This document shows, piece after piece, positions 46,552-58,518 of a stretch of 64,000 bases of DNA. The translations under genes were made by a program, and so were the position numbers. Numbering within the stretch: the first letter of the stretch is position 1; the number at the start of each line of letters is the position of its first letter. This DNA is from Schizochytrium sp. TIO01 (Eukaryota > Protista > Bigyra: Labyrinthulomycetes), in NCBI GenBank assembly GCA_004764695.1, contig SMSO01000031.1:348436-412435 (forward strand), in the 5' to 3' direction. The notes beneath the pieces are model-generated. The model did no database searches. It had not been told where the DNA came from and saw nothing but the letters and a program-made list of their open reading frames with translations.

Positions 46552-49500
46552 TGAGGTGTCATTGTAGTTCTAAGTCAGTGAGGCATTTCATTTATTTGTT
46601 TATTTATTCATTTATTTAATTAGTTGGTTATTTAATTAGTTAGTTAGTTAGTCATTCATATAGTTAGTTAGCTAGTCGGATGATGAGCGAGTACCTCCCT
46701 TCTAGCATAGGGGTAGGGATTCTAGCTAGGGTCGAGGTTGAAGGCATCATAAGCAGAGCAATAGAACAGAGGAAAAAAATGATAGTCCAGCGTACAAAGC
46801 AAAGCAGATCATACTTACCATGAGACGACGATGATTTCTTGTTTGTTTGTTTATTCGAGTTAGTTAGTTTTCTGCAGGTTTGTTCAAGTTTGTATGATTT
46901 GTTTGCATGATTTGTTTGCTTGTTTGTTGGTTTGCTCAAGTTAGTTGGTTTGTTTTCCCAATGCACTGTGACTCCGACGAGAATGAGGAAAGCAATGTCT
47001 CAGACTCCCTCTGCTTCTCTCCCATAGGCGTTAAGCCCTCAGGTAGTAGCGCAGTGCCGGTAGCAGTTCCTACGCACCTCCTAGTCTACTGTGGCTTCCT
47101 TGCATCTCACCGCCCTCTGCGTAACACAGCGCTAATGTCCCTTTCTATCTATCTACCACCTCTCTACGAGTCCACGTAGGATCCATCTAGTCAGTCAGTC
47201 AGTCAGTGAGTCAGTCAGTAAGTACCTACTAGGAGCAATAGTAGTAGGTATTATGTGTCTATCTATGGAGCCTTTTGTATTCGATTTAGTAGAATTGGCG
47301 CCTAGCACCTGGATAGCTAGGCCTAGAAGTACGCGTGTGAACGTTCTTCTACGTCATCACTCGCAGTTCTCTCTTTGTTTCCATCTCTTTCTGGCGCTGC
47401 CTCAGTCAGGCAATCAATGTTTAAGTTTGATTTTGCTCCTCTTCAATCAAATTTTTACACTTCAAAGTAGAAGCGTGAATAGCTTGAATGCTATTTATTT
47501 ATTTTTAAAGCTTGATTCTGATAAATTATAAAATTAATTTGAAGGTAAAACCAAAATAAAAACTTTGGTTAACTAACTAACCTCTCGAGAGACTTTTTGA
47601 AGTTGTTGTTCTTTCCCCGTTCTTTCCGCAAAGCCGGCGTAAGAACACAGAACAGAACATAGCAATGCTAGAGCCATATACCCAAGTCCTATTGGATGGA
47701 TACTAGTGTGCTGGCTACTACTAATGGCTAGACTCTCGTGCAGACAAAAGAAAGTCTCTCTTTAAAACACACGCGCTTAGAACGACTATGAGTCATGATG
47801 GAGGGAGATGAGACGTTCTAGAACGGTGTTCTGTTCTAAACCTACAGAGTGTCAAACATGTAATTTCTAGGAGAGTTCAACTCTTGATCCCTGGCTAGTT
47901 TGCTCAAACATGCAGTGTTTTAACAAAACCATTGAGCTCTATCCCGATTAACTTCACATAGCTGAAGATTTGCTATGACGAGTTCACAAGCAAAACAGTA
48001 GCACTTCTCAAATTTTGGAGTTTTCAGACTTTGGGGTTGGTATTCAATCAACGAACCCACGAGATAAGCCTACACCTAACTATCCTTCTATATATTTCAC
48101 TTGCAGGTAGTCTATCAACTTCAAATTATTCGCAAGAGCGATGCATGCGAGCCTCAGTTCATGTCATTTTAAGGGTTGCTAAATATGATCTTGAAACTCT
48201 GCATGCAAGGATCTATACTGGTGATGCTCCAGCTACTCAGATTGCAGACAAAGCTTAAAACGAGGTGTTTAGAAGCCGATATAATCACCTGGCCGTTTGT
48301 TCAAGTTCTAAAGCAAGAACTTGAAATAATGATCTTCTGGAATGGATTGAGTAGGTAAGATGTAGATGTTCTGCACAAGTTATTATCGAGTAACGTTAAT
48401 CTTGAGGCCATTTCTCCTACTTCGTCCCAAAAGTTTCGAGAATAAGCCCAACATTGCTTGTTTGTTTGCTTTGCTTGCTTGCTTGCTTTCCTTGCTTGCT
48501 TGCTTATTCATTTATGAAAGAACTAGGATGACTTCTACCCTTCTAATCGTCCTTTTGTCCCCTTTTCCTTTTCTTCTTTTCTTTTCTGTTCTCTTCTCCC
48601 CGTTTATAGGGGAATAACGTTGGAAGGAGAAACAAAAATGGAGATTACGGATGAGCAAAAGAAAGCTCTTCCGCGAGAAGAAGCGAAAGGGGTGGAAACG
48701 TAAAACATTGGGACACAAAGCAACACGCACGCACAGAGAATGAGGCGGTTAGTGCCTACTTACCTACCTCGCTGACTAACTCGATAGAATGCTCAAGTTG
48801 TATAAATTAAAGGTAATATTCTTTGTAAATCAGCATTCATCATTCGATTACTGTTCTTCCCCCTTTTAAAATTTAATTTTCATAATTCTTGCAAATTAAA
48901 AATCCTGCTTACTCTGAATGAAAAACATTTTATTTCTTTTTTCAGAATAATTGGAAAAAGTGTTCATTATCGTTTATTCATAATTCACACCCTATGATTC
49001 TATGCTAGTAATATCATTAGTACCTAAAAGCATAGTTTTAAAATTAACTTTTAACTATTCATTTCAAGTTAGAAAACAATCTCATTCAAGTTCTTCTTCT
49101 CGCAAAGCCTTCTTCGCAACATTAATTCCAAGTTTGGACAAGGCAGGAAGCGCCCAAGGCCGCCAGAGTACAGTGGCGGCAGAGACCGGGCACAACAAGG
49201 CAAGCCAAGGCTGCAGACCCTCCTTTGGCCCTTCGTGGCTTCGGCACTCACCGCAGTCCTAACCAGAATCTGTAAACCTGGAGCTGCAATGGTTTATGAG
49301 CATCGACATTCAACGCCTGGCAACTTGCAGTGTACAAGGCAGTAGGTAGATAGGCGCCTGGCTGCCTGTCTGCCTGTCTGCCTGCCTACCTAGCAACCTG
49401 CTAGAAAAGGTTTATTCTGGCTAGTTGCTAACTATGTCTAACTTTGGGTTGTAATGCTGACGTGGAAGTCCTTTCAACCAAATTCTAGTGTACAAGCCAG

Positions 49501-51151
49501 GTCGTCATTTATGGTTGATGACGCAGGACGATGCTTGAAAACTAAGCGTTAGGGATATAAGCTAGCAGATAGGTAGGTCATGATGTACTTGGAATGAGAA
49601 ACCTAGTCTGGCTCGATTCGATCATGATCTCCTGCATTTGCCTTAGCGAAGAAAGGATTGGGAATGCAAATGCTGCTGGTGTTACAAGCGACTATGCTCA
49701 TATGGTATGGCCAGTTTTAAAAGTAGAAGAATGAAAGCGTGTAAAAACGTGGATTGTGCTTACTTAAGGGGCCAAGTTAGCTTCTCCATAGTCGAGTCTA
49801 CAGTCATAATCGCAGACATTTATGCGGCTGCCGTCAGTACAAAATAGGGTTTGACGCATAACTAGTTGTAAGATATGAAGTTGCATGCAAAACATGATCT
49901 TGGAGGAGAGAACCTATTACTTTACCGTGGGAGGGTACCATGATAGTGGTTTTTTCGTTTCAAGTTTCACGTGCAGACCGTGATCAGCAGGATCACAGGA
50001 TGTAAACAAAGGAACACACACAGTGAAAAAAGTCCATTTAAACTGAAAGTGAATGTGCAAAGGCGTACTGCAGTACAAACGAAACGAGCAAGCAATTCAG
50101 CAAGGCAAAGAAAGCTCTGATGAGGTTCCTTGCTACGTGAAGATGCAGGGAAAACGTCGCCAGCTTGTCATCTGTCCTTTCACAAATTACGAGACCCTTC
50201 ATGTAGTGGGAGGAGATGCGTACCATACTACAGAACACTCGACAAAGAAGTGCGGGATAACGAAGAGTTCGTCCAAAACCGGGAAGACTATTGTACGTAA
50301 GTACCCAAACCTCCGTAACTATGACTCTAAGCTTCTAACAGAAAAATATCTATTATTCAAACCCGGATGGAAGGAGTAGAAGCACTGACGTTAGCAATTC
50401 ACTTCAATTTTTAAAAACAGTAGTAAAGGCTTTATAACTCCAAGCAAGGACGTTTATGAATCAATCTTGACTTTTTTACTTGCACCAACCTTCATGTATT
50501 CCGTCTTTAGTAAACCTTATGGACCACCTCGATCCTACTAGTGTGGTAGCAGATATCTACATCCATAATTACCAGGTACTACTTCGAATTCTCTTGCACT
50601 TTTTTGTCGAGTTTTCTTTGTAGCCCTTTTAAGTCATCCAAGCTAAAATCAGCAGAGAGGTCTTTGTGGTCTAAATTTTCATTGTTATTAAGGAAACCAA
50701 TATAGCTAAACCAAAAGTAGAAGATAAGGTGGGTCTTCACCGCCCATATGCTCTGCACTTACAAGGGCAGATTCATACATACGCGTGTCATCTATGGCCT
50801 TGCGCTTCATTGGGCTTGATGAACCAAACCCTGTGTACTGTAATGTTTGCATAGTTGATCAACGCATACTTGATACTTTGTTTTTATTCCCAAAGTGCTT
50901 CAATCTGTTGCTGCTCTGTAGGCTCCGCACTCTCAACAACATTAACCATCCTACTAGATAATAGGTACCTGGTAGAAAGTGCTATCTTAGGTATGTAATG
51001 CTGGGCGGATCATCAGTTTCGAAAAAATGAAGAATAAAGTTGTAGAAGGATAGGGAAAAGACCAAACTGCAACTGGAGATCATTGCGATCACCTTCGATC
51101 CATTCTCTGTGGCGCCCAAGCTCCGCCCGCTGAGCGCATTAACTAGCGATC

Positions 51152-54100
51152 ATGGCGAGTTTGACGGTAGTGTCCCGGGCGGATGAGGATGATCCTCGCG
51201 ATGCTGTGCACTCACGATGCGTTGCTCGCTACGGCCCAAGCAAGAGGGTCCGAGAGCGCTACGTGCGACCCGACCTTGGTGTTCCATCTTGGCTCCTCCG
51301 ACCTCGACAGGTGCATGTGGTGGCGATGGCTTCCTCCCTGGACATCTTTGGCGACGTTTACCAGGCGGTCCTCGACACCATGCCTCGTCGCAAGTCACCA
51401 TTCTCGCTTGTAGTGCTTGGTAGCGTTATGGAGCGTCTCGTGAACCTCGGATTCAGAAACACAATTGAGAGGACACGCGATCTTATGGACCGATTTGGAG
51501 GTGTTCATGACCGCGTGCATTACCTTGCAAACACCTTCATGCTCGATAAGAACGGCCGCGTGCTCGACTCCGCTCTTGACGCTCTTCTGTGGATGAGACT
51601 AATCTTGGACGCAGAAAATACTAGCTCCGCTCTCGTGGTGGTCACGGAAAACCCTGACTTCCAACGCCTCGCTCACGGCAAACACCTCCAAGTCATGAAC
51701 ACATGCGACTTCGTGGTGCGACAAGGTCTTGACGACCTGGTGGAGATGGCACAGGGTATTCGAGCAGCGAGGAATGCTGTAGAAGAGGAGATGGCTGCGA
51801 GGAAGCTGGCGGGAGACAAAGACTCTGAAATAGAGAATGACACAGAACCATGGAAAACACCATTCTGGACGGCGAAGGAGATCGAGACCAAAGTGGCGGC
51901 CAGTGAGGGGTTTCGGGGCAAATTTGAAAGGAACAAATTTCATCCTGATGAAGTGACCATAGTACGACCTGGCAGCTTACCAGATGTCACATTTAATGCC
52001 AGGTGGGTAAACCGCGCCATTCATAATGACGAAGTTGTTGTGAAAAATAAACGAGTTGTAGCCGTTGAAAAACGTAACTGGAGGCCCTACGTTGTCACTC
52101 TCGCGCGTGATGAAATCGATCGCATTCATAAAAGTGCACCGGGGAGTCTCATGACTCTGATCTGTGTTCCACTCGACAATCGAATTCCTAAAATCCGTAT
52201 ATCCACACGCCAGGCTAATACCTTGGTTGGCCAACGCTTTGTTGTAGCTCTAGACGACTGGCCTCTAGGCTCGCGATACCCTCAGGGCCACTACATTCGC
52301 ACTTTGGGAGCCGTCGGCAATGTCCCTGCTGAATCGGCCGCTATCATTGTAGAGACCGGGCTCACTGCGCACTTGCAAGACTTTACACCTAAAGCTTTAG
52401 CTTGTCTCCCATCAGAGCAAAGCGAATGGAGACCACCCGAACAAGATATTAAATTGCGAAAGGATCTTCGAGAAGCACTCATCTTCTCTGTAGATCCACC
52501 TAGTTGTCAGGATATCGATGATACAATGTCATTCGAGACGCTCTCAGACGGAACAGTCCAGCTTGGTGTTCATATTGCGGATGTGACTTATTTTCTTCAG
52601 AAGGCCTCAGCATTGGATGCAGAGGCTCAAAAACGTGCCACATCTGTCTACCTGCAGGATCAACGACTTGATATGCTACCACGTCTACTATGTGAGGACC
52701 TGTGCTCTTTGCGATCTAATCTAGATCGATTTGCTGTTTCGGTCATTTGGACTTTGGACGCACCTTCGGAAGATGATTGCAACCTGACCGTTCGTGACGT
52801 GTGGACTGGTCGAACTGTGATTCGCTCAGCGCAAGCACTTTCCTATGCCCAGGCACAACGTCTCATTGATAATGAAGATCCTCTTTATGAATCAGCTCCA
52901 GAGTATGCCAAGTCACATACTGGCAAGCCGGTGAGTCCAGAGCTTATTGAGCCACTAAGAAAGGCTCTTAGGGGTCTACAAACATGCGCTAGGATCCGCA
53001 CGCGGCAGCGCCACCGTAATGGTGCACTAGAGCTGCAAGGTGAAGAGTTTCAATTTGGCCTCGATGATGCACAACAGCCCGCTCGCATTACAGCTAAGCG
53101 CAAGCTCGAGGTCCATGATGTGGTAGCTGAAATGATGATTCTCGCAAATGAGCAAATTGCCCGAGAAATAGTCCATTCTGACCCACGCGTAGCACTCATT
53201 CGACGTCATGCAAAACCTCCCGATAAGAAACTTGGAAATGTTCTGGAGCTAGCCAAAGATGCCGGCATTGAGCTTGACACGCATTCAAATGCTACACTTG
53301 CTGCTTCAATGGCTCGTGCCCGGGGTATAGTATCCCCAGATATTTTCGCAGTCTTAAATGATGGACTTACACGGGCCATGTCCGAAGCAGAATACATGTG
53401 CGCTGGTGAAGTTGCAGATATCTCTCACTTTGGTCTTGGGCTTGATTTTTACACCCACTTTACATCACCTATTCGTCGGTATGCCGATGTAATTGTGCAT
53501 AGGCAATTATTGGCATCTAAGGGAAAATGTCCTACTGACTCATCAATAGGTGCTAGTGCGTACCATTCAGACAATAGTCCTTCTATCTCTCTATCAAAGG
53601 CATCACCTAATAAGGACAAAAGTAGCCTTTGGCTTGCTGCTGCAGAACGCGCCTCTCGTGATGCTGAGCTCCTCTACGGTGGTTTGGATGACCATCTAGC
53701 TGATTCAAGTAAGCCTTCAGATGATTTACTTGATGGCCTTCTTGACGGTCTCGCAGATGCTAACACTGAACACCCGAGTGCTGACAAAAAAGCCGCTTCA
53801 AACCCATCGGACTTAGACCTTGATGATCTTCTGGGTGGCCTTGATACGGAAGCAAGCAAATCCAATGAGGCTACAGATCTTGATGATCTACTAGACATGG
53901 GTTCCTCGTCAAATTCTGCGGACCCCACAGATGCGCTGCTAGATAATTTGTTAGGTGACGCCAATTCATCCCAAAACCTGCATCAGCAACAACTATCTCA
54001 TACTACTACCTCCGAAGACGGCGAAAAAGGTTTAGAGGGTAAATTTCCAGAACAGAGCTTATCTGTGATCAACAATAGCATTCAGCATCAAGCTGAGCAC

Positions 54101-55222
54101 ATCAATCGCCTTCATCGCGCTGCTAAAGAGGCATCATTTCGTTCTGCCGAACTCTTTTTCTCGTTGTATTTTCAACGATGCCCGCAAATTGATGTTGCAG
54201 TTGCAGTTTCAATCCAAGAGTACGGTGTTCTGTGTTATGTTCCTAAGTTCCAAAGCAAGCTGCTCTTGCGTTTTGATAGCTCATCAGCGCTTACTGTGTG
54301 TCGACGATCCTCCAATGGTACCGAAACTCAAACTGTTGATGAGGTGTCTTTTAATTTTCAAGAGATCCCAAGCCATCAACGATCCATCAACTCGCGACCG
54401 AACTATGGTCAAGTTAACATTTCTTCAATTCACGTCAAAGACCTTCCACCAACAAGCATTGAAGTCTTGAAACCTGTTCCGGTCTATGTATGTTGTGACT
54501 CACCTTATGAGAACCCCGCGAGCCGCATTCCCAAACCGAAACTTGTATTGTTTACACCTGAATCAGAGAATGAACTAGACTCTCTGCTTGCAGCAGAACG
54601 AAGGAGCAGCGGCACCCAAGTTCTCAAAGCATTTGCTCGAGAAAACTCCCCTCGATTTGTTGATGCTGATGTACAGAGCAGATCATCATCTTCTCAGTCA
54701 AAAATAACTCGTAATATTCTCACCGATGGAATAACTCACACGAAGACATCCAGGACTTCTGGTTTAAATCAAAGCGTTCAACTGTTGTCTCTCTATGGTG
54801 CAGTAGAAGGTCTGTTAAATTCATCTTCGCGTGTTCCACCGTTAAATGAAAATGTAGGCGGGGCCAAAAAGAATGCATCCAAGAAAGCACCAACGTCTGC
54901 GAATGTGCCCAAGCCCAAGAGTGGGAAAAGTGTAGTTAAGCCGTCACACGACCGCAAAGTTCAAGGAAAAGGTCGTATCTCATTTGGTGGATTTCACAGC
55001 CAAGTTGTTGTTAAACCTTCTGCGGAATGGGACCAAGAAGACCAGAGCACCGAAGGTGTTCACTATCACGGCGCACCTGAGTCGTTTTCTCGCATTCAAA
55101 AGGACCACAAAGCTGTTGATAGTTACGTACGCAATGTAACAAGAGATGTGACGCGCCGAATAGAGGGGCTTGCTAAGGCAAAGCGCGAAACCAAGATCAA
55201 GAAGCGTCTTAAGCAAGGGTAA
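51152..55222 (+). CDS. DIS3/Rrp44-like RNB-family 3'-5' exoribonuclease with degenerate PIN region
   Basis: NRAIHNDEVVV, PLDNRIPKIRI, DDWPLGSRYPQGH, catalytic SVDPPSCQDIDD, LGVHIADV, VAEMMILAN, YTHFTSPIRRYADVIVHRQL. Confidence 0.93.
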   Translation: MASLTVVSRADEDDPRDAVHSRCVARYGPSKRVRERYVRPDLGVPSWLLRPRQVHVVAMASSLDIFGDVYQAVLDTMPRRKSPFSLVVLGSVMERLVNLGFRNTIERTRDLMDRFGGVHDRVHYLANTFMLDKNGRVLDSALDALLWMRLILDAENTSSALVVVTENPDFQRLAHGKHLQVMNTCDFVVRQGLDDLVEMAQGIRAARNAVEEEMAARKLAGDKDSEIENDTEPWKTPFWTAKEIETKVAASEGFRGKFERNKFHPDEVTIVRPGSLPDVTFNARWVNRAIHNDEVVVKNKRVVAVEKRNWRPYVVTLARDEIDRIHKSAPGSLMTLICVPLDNRIPKIRISTRQANTLVGQRFVVALDDWPLGSRYPQGHYIRTLGAVGNVPAESAAIIVETGLTAHLQDFTPKALACLPSEQSEWRPPEQDIKLRKDLREALIFSVDPPSCQDIDDTMSFETLSDGTVQLGVHIADVTYFLQKASALDAEAQKRATSVYLQDQRLDMLPRLLCEDLCSLRSNLDRFAVSVIWTLDAPSEDDCNLTVRDVWTGRTVIRSAQALSYAQAQRLIDNEDPLYESAPEYAKSHTGKPVSPELIEPLRKALRGLQTCARIRTRQRHRNGALELQGEEFQFGLDDAQQPARITAKRKLEVHDVVAEMMILANEQIAREIVHSDPRVALIRRHAKPPDKKLGNVLELAKDAGIELDTHSNATLAASMARARGIVSPDIFAVLNDGLTRAMSEAEYMCAGEVADISHFGLGLDFYTHFTSPIRRYADVIVHRQLLASKGKCPTDSSIGASAYHSDNSPSISLSKASPNKDKSSLWLAAAERASRDAELLYGGLDDHLADSSKPSDDLLDGLLDGLADANTEHPSADKKAASNPSDLDLDDLLGGLDTEASKSNEATDLDDLLDMGSSSNSADPTDALLDNLLGDANSSQNLHQQQLSHTTTSEDGEKGLEGKFPEQSLSVINNSIQHQAEHINRLHRAAKEASFRSAELFFSLYFQRCPQIDVAVAVSIQEYGVLCYVPKFQSKLLLRFDSSSALTVCRRSSNGTETQTVDEVSFNFQEIPSHQRSINSRPNYGQVNISSIHVKDLPPTSIEVLKPVPVYVCCDSPYENPASRIPKPKLVLFTPESENELDSLLAAERRSSGTQVLKAFARENSPRFVDADVQSRSSSSQSKITRNILTDGITHTKTSRTSGLNQSVQLLSLYGAVEGLLNSSSRVPPLNENVGGAKKNASKKAPTSANVPKPKSGKSVVKPSHDRKVQGKGRISFGGFHSQVVVKPSAEWDQEDQSTEGVHYHGAPESFSRIQKDHKAVDSYVRNVTRDVTRRIEGLAKAKRETKIKKRLKQG

Positions 55223-55365
55223 TTTAGGCGCCAAGATAACGACATATACTGCGCACAGTTTTTTCTAGTCCTCCATTTATTTTGGCTTCAATTGTTACTT
55301 GGTTACATATACAGCTATCTCTGAGGCTGGCGAGGTTGAATTATTTATGACTATTCTAAAAATTA

Positions 55366-57071
55366 TCAAGCGATGTGAACAACATGATGTAAAGTGTCTC
55401 TTCGAATATAAACTGGGTTTCCACGGGGGTCTTGGAGTATGTCTCGCGTTGTGAGTCTAGGGCGAATATAGATCCCAAGAGAAACAAGCCACTTGTACCA
55501 TCGAGGTTGATGATCACACGGGAGATTCTCGGTTGCAAATCTACTATAATTTGAATACATATTTGGTCGATTGTTCTGATGTGTATAAGGCCACAATGGC
55601 TTGAAATCTTCGTTGTTTCGGCCACGAATTAAATCCCTCTTGAGAGCTGCCTCATCCTTAGTTCGCTTCTTATCTTTGGTGCTTTGCTGATCAGGAATTT
55701 CAAGTTCACTTTCTCCTTGCAGAGATATAACAACTTCCTTTTCTTCTGTCTCCACCTCCTTTGCTATAACGCCATCCATTAGGGAACCTGTGGTCAATCT
55801 GTTTAGCATCTGCTGCTGGCTGGTTCCATCCAATGAGTGAGAGGATGGTTTTTTATCAATTTTTCATCACAGGGGTCTGCGAGGCGCAAAGTATATGTAT
55901 CGTTCTTATCTTGGAGACTCGACACTTCTAACGAATCTGAGCCGCCCATAGGTAACCTTGCGTTCGATGAGGTACTACTCCTATTTGAATGTTTCGGTGA
56001 AAAGTCTTTCCTCTCATCACCCGGCCTAGGTGACGAAATAGACTCAGATGAGGCCTCGTGCGAGTCTGCCAGAATCGTCGTCTGTCCACTTTTGTTTACC
56101 CCTGCTCCAGCCTCATGGCGAATACTTTTGGGTTCATTCGAGTACTCAAGCGCATCCATATCGGTAGCAAAAACATGCTCAAGATAGCGAAGAGGCAAGT
56201 GGTTATGATGCCCGTCAAACGGGTTCTCCAGCATAGATGCTGCCACATTAATGCTGCAGAGAACCCAAGTGGACATGAAGGCGAATATTCCTGACATCTC
56301 TGCTGCATTGGGCAGGAAACCACCAATAATTAGAGGAGTTGCAAAAAGCCAAAAGTGAACAACCAAGACTGTAATGACCAAGTAAGGGTACGGGAATGGA
56401 CTTTCAGCAATGTTCGCGCAAATATGAAAGTACTTATTTGTCTCGTCTGCAAGTGCGAAGATGCGTGCAACCATTGGCGGAGGTGCTGGGAACATATCTG
56501 GGTAAATTGTCACAACCTGCTCAATCCATGACATCACCATGTCACTACGGTAACGGGTATACAAAAGAATATCATACTCATCATCTGTGCACAGGTTGTC
56601 GTCGCCACATGTGATAAAGTCTTCCAAGGGCTTGCCGAGGAAGCGCCCAATCGAAACTTTGTGATACAGCCGAATCCAGCGAAACATAGTCTGGCGGCGG
56701 CCAATTCTTGTTTTGCAAAATTCCCCATCATCATTCGTCAGTCTGCAAAAGCATTTGATTGCAATGGCCAACTGGGTGAGCCTGGACGCCATAAGGCCAT
56801 AGTTTCGCTGGGCTATTTGGAATCGCTTTACCGCTAATTGTGAGCGATAGACCACGACAAAACTGACGAGGAAAGAGAAGGCACCAAAGTATACCCTTGA
56901 TGATGCAATATGAGTTTGCAACCAGCTATTAAAGCTTTCTATATGCGAAGCGCAAATTGCAATCGCTGCGCTTATTAATGCAGGCACCAATGTTGAGGGT
57001 CTCACCAGAGGAGAACCAGCACCATAAAATAAGACTGTCACACCCCCAGCGTACAAGTCATACACAATCAT
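55366..57071 (-). CDS. Bestrophin-family anion channel (probable frameshift at ~55849-55864 extends the C-terminus)
   Basis: FSFLVSFVVVYRSQLAVKRF, PFPYPY, ASMLENPFDGHHNHLPL and several TM segments. ATG at 57071. The CDS ends at 55803 if the frameshift is real sequence. Confidence 0.82.
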
Positions 57072-58518
57072 CCTCAGCACCTAGATGCCCGTGGTCTCTG
57101 CCGGCTCCCTCGGCTCCTCTGCACTAAGTGTCAATACTTCCTTGTGCAGATCAAACAGGCTTTGTCAAGGTCCAATCTTAAAAGCGGTTTGTTGCCACAA
57201 CAAAACTGACAAAGAGTGAGTCTATGCTAAAGTTCCTGGCGAGGTACCTACAAGCTACTACCATAAATGATAGCAGTTCCTAAGTACCCATCCACTGCAT
57301 CCTACTATCACTTAAGTCGATTAATAGCAGTATGTACGTCTGGGTCAAACAAAGCCCACACGGTGTTGCAGATAGATATGACCGAGCAGTTCGAATACAT
57401 TTGACTCCACGTCATGGGATCTTCAACCTGTTCTTCTGCCCCAAATAATGGCACATGCTATAGCACATGCGACAAGCGCAATTAGTTGCTCTCCACTACC
57501 CAGGAGTGTTCCAGTTATGCTCCTTTTCATTAATGAGGCTCTAGTGAATGGCCTGTGGGTCTACTCTAGCAAGGTACGAAGTCCGTCAGCAACTATTTTT
57601 CGCATTCACAAGCTTAGTTTACTCGCTTTCTTGGAGGGTTCGAGGTAGCTCTGATTGACGATCCAGTTGCTTCAGCTCAGGCATAGTCCACCACCTCCTT
57701 GCTTTTCTGTTTTCCAGAGGTGGTGGCTTGGGCCAGCTCGACGCCACAGACCTAGAAGAGCAATCGAGGATGTGGTCTCCCCAAGCTCAGGTTCGTCAGA
57801 AACCGGCCGAAACCAGCACTCTTCTCCAAGCTCATCCCGCTGAAGGCTGTGCGTGGCGTGCTTATTGTAGACATTGATGGACAGGCGCACACACTGACTG
57901 ACTGGCTGACTCACTCACTGGAGACGCCGCCTTCCGCTGCAGATGCACTCCGAATATCCACAACCTCTGTAGTGTGCTGAGACTCATCCTTTGTTCTTGT
58001 GACTTTGCTTTACAGGAGCAAAGAAAGAGAGAAGTTGGTAGGGCGTAGTAGTACCCTACTATCCCTAGCTACGACTAGCCACTATTGAGGTAGTTAGTTA
58101 GCGCCGTTGATGCAAGAAAGAAAATCACCAGAAAAGGTGTCATCAGGGGTGATAAAACTTAGATTTGCTTGGCGCTTAACTTTGGCGGTACTATGTGCAT
58201 ACCTACCTAGTTTGGACCGTATCTCTGTGGAGATTTTGATTTCTTTGGTCTTGAGAAAACTCTCGATTGCAAGTCTCTTAGCTTGCGTTTGGTTCGCTTG
58301 ACTAAGCGATATTGCTAGTATCTGAGAAATTGGGCTCCACGTCGTAACGGACAAATTACGGGGAGTATTTTCGCATGGCAAACCTAAATTGCAAATCTTA
58401 TTCATAGAAAGCTCTCGACTTTGCCAACGAAACCCATCAAGGCTGGAGCTTTGTTTGCCTGTGTACTATATCGAGCACGATTCTTGTACCACTCGTGCTG
58501 TGGGCTTCGGGTTTCAAC

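Noticed and set aside
46811-46822. U1 snRNA 5' end (ATACTTACC)
   Set aside because: It continues ATG rather than TGG with no U1 stems or Sm site, and is better read as a - strand splice donor.
47649-47837. MITE suggested by an 11-bp inverted repeat (agaacagaaca/tgttctgttct)
   Set aside because: Low-complexity, short, with no evident target-site duplication.
50053-50379. 108-aa ORF in the Rab11-DIS3 intergenic region
   Set aside because: No motif or compositional support, so it cannot be distinguished from a chance ORF.
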